A DNA stretch of 64,000 nt, taken from the NCBI GenBank assembly GCA_043815815.1, contig JBDRIO010000009.1, positions 2,751 to 66,750 of the forward strand, given 5' to 3'. Every line of letters begins with the position of its first letter. Within the stretch, counting starts at the first letter, position 1. This document shows positions 60,296-64,000 of the stretch, piece after piece. The notes under the pieces were generated by a model. It ran no database searches. It worked only from the letters and a program-made list of their open reading frames with translations, and was not told the origin of the DNA. Position numbers and translations under genes: made by a program. Source of the DNA: Candidatus Eiseniibacteriota bacterium (GTDB lineage: Bacteria; Joyebacterota; Joyebacteria; Joyebacterales; Joyebacteraceae).

Positions 60296-61213
60296 TTGAG
60301 ATTCGCACTGTTCGCACTCACGCTCTCGGCCGTGGCGGCGCTGTGCGCCGCCGCGGCGGCCGAGGAGACCGCGGACGGCGGTCAGGTGGAGATCGGGGCC
60401 TGGTCGGTGTCGTCCGAGTTCAACGTGACGCTCACGCAGAACGCGTACAGCGACAACTGGGCAGGCAGCGAGCTGGGGTCCGTCTCCTGGGCGTCGGCGT
60501 GGAACACGCTCGCCGAGAACCAACTGAGCCCCAGGTTCCACTCTTCCACGAGCCTCAAGCTCGCGTTCGGGCAGACGCACAGCCAGGACCCCGATACCAG
60601 GGTCTGGCGCAGGCCGGTCAAGTCGACCGATCTGGTCGACCTCGACTCGGTCCTGAGGCTGACCTACGGCTGGGTCGTCGACCCGTTCGCGGGTTTCCGC
60701 GTCGAGTCGCAGTTCCTGGACGAGAGCGACCCGACGAACAAGCGCTGGCTCGATCCGGCCGTGTTCACCGAGAGCTTCGGGGTGGCGCGGGTCTTTCTCA
60801 AGGACGAGCAGAGAGAGCTCTCGACGCGGGTCGGCGGCGCGGTCAGGCAGCACATCGATCGCGACGTCCCGACGGGCGAGGACGACAAGAGGGAGACGTC
60901 CATTACGACGGACGGTGGAGTGGAGCTCGTGTCCCTCTACCGCACGCCCCTCGCGGAGGACAGGCTCACGTTCTCAAGCGAGCTCACAGCCTTCAAGGCC
61001 CTCTACTACTCCGAGGAGGACGCGCTCGCCGGAACCGACGCGGCCGACGACTGGAAGGCGGTCGACGTCAACTGGGAGAACACGCTCACCGCGAACGTCA
61101 CCAACTACCTCATGGTCAACCTCTACGTTCAGCTGCTCTACGACAAGCAGGTCGACGACGGCGTCCGCCTGAAGGAGACGCTGTCGATGGGATTCACGTT
61201 CCAGCTTCTCTGA
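60296..61213 (+). CDS. DUF3078-like outer-membrane protein
   Basis: TTG after GGGAGG; signal peptide; TQNAYSDNWAG, KSTD, LLYDKQ, terminal beta-strand. Confidence 0.7.
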   Translation: MRFALFALTLSAVAALCAAAAAEETADGGQVEIGAWSVSSEFNVTLTQNAYSDNWAGSELGSVSWASAWNTLAENQLSPRFHSSTSLKLAFGQTHSQDPDTRVWRRPVKSTDLVDLDSVLRLTYGWVVDPFAGFRVESQFLDESDPTNKRWLDPAVFTESFGVARVFLKDEQRELSTRVGGAVRQHIDRDVPTGEDDKRETSITTDGGVELVSLYRTPLAEDRLTFSSELTAFKALYYSEEDALAGTDAADDWKAVDVNWENTLTANVTNYLMVNLYVQLLYDKQVDDGVRLKETLSMGFTFQLL

Positions 61214-61318
61214 GTCTCGTTCGCTTTAGCGTATGTCCCGCACGCCGAGCCCCGCGCAGCGCCCGCTCGCGGGCGCCGGGCGGGGCTCGGCACCTCTCCC
61301 CGGGCCGCCTCGAGGGTG

Positions 61319-61347
61319 TTGACAGAGCCGCCTGAGGACCGTATATT
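61319..61347 (+). promoter_or_regulatory. sigma-70-type promoter
   Basis: TTGACA-N17-TATATT, 12 nt before the ATG at 61360. Confidence 0.75.
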
Positions 61348-61359
61348 TCGAAGCTATCT

Positions 61360-62613
61360 ATGGACACGCGCAACCGAACAGAGCTCTTCTCGCCGTCCGC
61401 TGTCCTGGCGCAGTTCAACCGGCTGCCGGAGACCGCGCGGTTCTATTCGATACTCTCCATTCTCGTGGCGCTCCTCGCGGTGGCCTCCGGGTTCGTCGTC
61501 GACAGGACGGTGAACGGGCCCTCGGTCGAGCTCAATCCGCGCACTCCAATGCTCGGCATGCTCTCCCCGTGGGGCCGCGTCCTCGCGGAGCCGCACGACA
61601 ACTACCTGAAGCCGAGCTTCGAGGTTCTGGGCGTCGTCACGCCGGTCCCCAACGACGCGGCGAGCTACGACTACGTCGCGGGCGCGGGCGACGACATCGC
61701 GGCCATCGCCGCCGGCCGCGGCATCGACATGGACCTCCTGGCGAGCGCCAACAGCGTCAGCTACGCGCGCGTTCCCCGCAGGGAGACCGAGGTCCGGCTC
61801 CCTCTCCTCTACTCGCGGGACAGGCACTGGGACAGGTCGCTCGAGTTCCTCTATCCGATCTCCAGGGAAGCTCCGATCGGAGGGAACGGTAAGGCCAAGA
61901 AGGGCGCTCCCATCATCGTCCGTCACCCCGTGGCGCGCGGCGAGTGCCTGTGGAACATCGCCAAGAAATACCACGTCCGCATCGAGACGATCGTGGCCAT
62001 GAATGACCTCCCGAGCGCGCGCTACCTGCGCCCCGGGCAGATCCTCGAGATCCCGGACACCGACGGCACGTACGTGAGCGTGAAGAGGGGCGACACGATC
62101 GACGGCATCTGCAAGAAGTACGGCGTCGAGATGACCGAACTCGTGAACTCGAACCCGGGCGTGGACGTCGACCGGCTGACCATCGGACTCAAGCTCTTCG
62201 TCCCCGGGTCCGCAGCTCTGGAGCAGCTCTTCCGATTCTCGTGGCCCGTGCACGGTCGCGTCTCCGGCCGGTACGGGATGAGGTTGCACCCGATCTACCG
62301 ACGCCGGCTGATGCACACCGGTCTCGACATCGCCGCCCGGAGCGGCACGCCGATCCGAGCGGCGCTTGCGGGACGGGTCAAGTTCGTCGGATGGAAGGGC
62401 GGATACGGCCGCGCGATCATCGTGGAGCACCCGAACGGATACGAGACGCTCTACGGCCACTGTTCGAAGATCCTGGTCAACAAGGGCCAGGACGTGAAGC
62501 GTGGAGAGCAGATCGGCAAGGTCGGCTCTACGGGAGTAAGCAACGGTCCGCACGTGCACTTCGAGGTCAGGAAGAACGGCAAGCGAATGAATCCCGAGAA
62601 GGTCCTCTACTAG
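61360..62613 (+). CDS. LysM-domain M23 family peptidoglycan peptidase
   Basis: LysM repeats (GECLWNIAKKY, GDTIDGICKKY); HTGLD, YGH, GPHVHFEV. Confidence 0.92.
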   Translation: MDTRNRTELFSPSAVLAQFNRLPETARFYSILSILVALLAVASGFVVDRTVNGPSVELNPRTPMLGMLSPWGRVLAEPHDNYLKPSFEVLGVVTPVPNDAASYDYVAGAGDDIAAIAAGRGIDMDLLASANSVSYARVPRRETEVRLPLLYSRDRHWDRSLEFLYPISREAPIGGNGKAKKGAPIIVRHPVARGECLWNIAKKYHVRIETIVAMNDLPSARYLRPGQILEIPDTDGTYVSVKRGDTIDGICKKYGVEMTELVNSNPGVDVDRLTIGLKLFVPGSAALEQLFRFSWPVHGRVSGRYGMRLHPIYRRRLMHTGLDIAARSGTPIRAALAGRVKFVGWKGGYGRAIIVEHPNGYETLYGHCSKILVNKGQDVKRGEQIGKVGSTGVSNGPHVHFEVRKNGKRMNPEKVLY

Positions 62614-62642
62614 AAGGTCCTCTACTGGAAGGTCCTCTACCA
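62598..62642 (+). repeat. 3 x 15-bp repeat of the M23 gene end
   Basis: gaaggtcctctacta / gaaggtcctctactg / gaaggtcctctacca. Confidence 0.85.
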
Positions 62643-62678
62643 GTCGGTCGACCCGACGCCGGCTCTGCGACACCGAAG

Positions 62679-62713
62679 AGAACGACACCCCTCTCGGATG
62701 AGAGGGGTGTTCT
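62679..62713. terminator. hairpin between convergent genes
   Basis: acacccctctc-ggat-gagaggggtgt. Confidence 0.6.
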
Positions 62714-62740
62714 TGTCAGAGGATGAGAGGGGTGTCCCTG

Positions 62741-63286
62741 TCAGAGGCCCAGCTCGTCGCTTATCCCCTGCATCGCCGAGAGCGCCAGCCCCAGGAACTC
62801 GTCGAGCTCGAGCCCCAGCTCGCTCGACGCGGCGATCTGGTCGCGGTCCGCGCCGGCGGCGAACCGCTTCTCGCCGAATCTCCGCACGATGAACTCGACG
62901 TCCAGGCCCGAGAGCTTCCTGGTCGGATGCATGAGGGCGGCCGCCACGATGAGACCGGTCACGGGATCGCTCGCGTACAGGGCCCGGTCCATGCTGCTCT
63001 CACGGGGAACGTGCGCGTTGTGCGCCTTCACCGCGTGGACGATGTCGTCGGAGAACCCCTTCTCACACAGCATCTCGGCCGACCTGAGCCCGTGAACCTC
63101 GGGCGTGTCCGCCGTCTCGTCGTAGTCGAGGTCGTGGACGAGCCCCGCCGCCCCCCACGCGTCTTCGTCCTCTCCGAGCTTCCGCGCGAGGGCGGTCATG
63201 ACGGCCTCCGTGGCGAGCATGTGCTTCAGGAGGTTCTTGTTGCCGCAGTTGTCCTTCACGAGAGCGAGACATTCGTCGCGAGTCAC
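62741..63286 (-). CDS. HD-domain (HDIG-type) hydrolase
   Basis: LLKHMLATEAVM, GLVHDLDY, HG, AVKAH, ASDPVTG, FAAGADR; GTG after GGGAGG. Confidence 0.88.
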   Translation of the reverse strand: MTRDECLALVKDNCGNKNLLKHMLATEAVMTALARKLGEDEDAWGAAGLVHDLDYDETADTPEVHGLRSAEMLCEKGFSDDIVHAVKAHNAHVPRESSMDRALYASDPVTGLIVAAALMHPTRKLSGLDVEFIVRRFGEKRFAAGADRDQIAASSELGLELDEFLGLALSAMQGISDELGL

Positions 63287-63363
63287 GGTGTCCTCCCAAT
63301 CATGGCCGGCGGCCGGAGCGGCGCGCGAGCTACCGCGGCTCTCCCGGCGCCGCGCCGGCGCGT

Positions 63364-64000
63364 TCATCCGATGTCCACGAACGACCCGCGGTCGCGGAAC
63401 CGTCTCCGGACCGCCTCCCGGAGGACCCTGCCTTCCGGGCTCTCGAGCTTCGGGTCGGCGTCCAGGAACGCGAACGCGTCGTCCCTCGCCTTCACGAGCA
63501 GCCTCGAATCGTGCCTCAGGTCCGCGACGGCGAATCTGGGGAGCCCGTGCTGCCGGACGCCGAGGAATTCGCCCGGCCCCCTGAGTTCGAGGTCCTTCTC
63601 CGCGATCTCGAACCCGTCGGTCGTGGCGGCGAGGATCTGTATCCTCTCGCGCGCCTCGTCGGAGGCCCCCGGCCCGACCATCAGCACGCAGTAGGACCTC
63701 TGCGAGCCCCTGCCGACCCTCCCCCTGAGCTGGTGCAGCTGCGCCAGCCCGAATCGCTCGGCGTGCTCCACGACCATCACCGTCGCGTTGGGGACGTCCA
63801 CGCCCACCTCGACCACGGTCGTCGACACCAGGAGGTCGACGTCGCCGCGCTGGAACCGACCCATCACTTCGTCCTTCTCCTCGGGACTCATCCTCCCGTG
63901 GACGAGACCGAGAGAGTAGTCCTTGAAGACGCGCGTCCGGAGCTTCTCGTACATCGCCGTCGCGGCGGCGAGTTCGACCTTCTCCGAATCCTCCACCAGC
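63364..64000 (-). CDS. recG: ATP-dependent DNA helicase RecG (3' part)
   Basis: LVHGRM, STTVVEVGVDVPNAT, AERFGLAQLHQLRGRVGRG, DGFEIAEKDLELRGPGE. Confidence 0.97.
   Translation of the reverse strand, partial: LVEDSEKVELAAATAMYEKLRTRVFKDYSLGLVHGRMSPEEKDEVMGRFQRGDVDLLVSTTVVEVGVDVPNATVMVVEHAERFGLAQLHQLRGRVGRGSQRSYCVLMVGPGASDEARERIQILAATTDGFEIAEKDLELRGPGEFLGVRQHGLPRFAVADLRHDSRLLVKARDDAFAFLDADPKLESPEGRVLREAVRRRFRDRGSFVDIG

Noticed and set aside
59696-61213. 505-aa ORF overlapping mscL (possible frameshift fusion)
   Set aside because: mscL has its own stop, and the downstream gene has an SD, TTG start and signal peptide at 60296.

Overview
GC-rich bacterial chromosomal window with about 50 genes and no rRNA, tRNA, CRISPR array or transposase that I can support. 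The secreted proteins ending in FlgD-like Ig tails or a 'SWGxxKAxYR' tail suggest an FCB-adjacent candidate lineage such as Eisenbacteria/Krumholzibacteriota (inference only). Bases 1-14 kb hold a minus-strand chemosensory operon behind a consensus sigma-54 promoter: cheR(TPR)-cheW-cheW-hdrA-mvhD-mcp-tusA-mcp-cheA(REC)-cheB-REC-GAF/GGDEF. The standout feature is that a full-length HdrA, MvhD and a TusA-type sulfur carrier lie inside this operon, translationally coupled to chemoreceptors that lack periplasmic sensor domains. This suggests a redox/sulfur-sensing chemosensory route to c-di-GMP. Bases 14-42 kb hold secreted beta-helix, metalloprotease, fibre-like and GH57-like proteins, two degenerate PAS-GGDEF paralogues, lpoB, pckA and gltS. 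Bases 42-64 kb are mostly housekeeping: groESL with CIRCE, coaX, satD/DUF3307, nadC, uvrB, rodZ, uppP, a UbiA/DGGGPS-like gene, a two-component pair, mscS/mscL, an M23 peptidase and recG. Other oddities are SD-preceded ATC start candidates and repeated tandem duplications of gene ends across stop codons. All product calls come from motif recognition by eye, not database searches.
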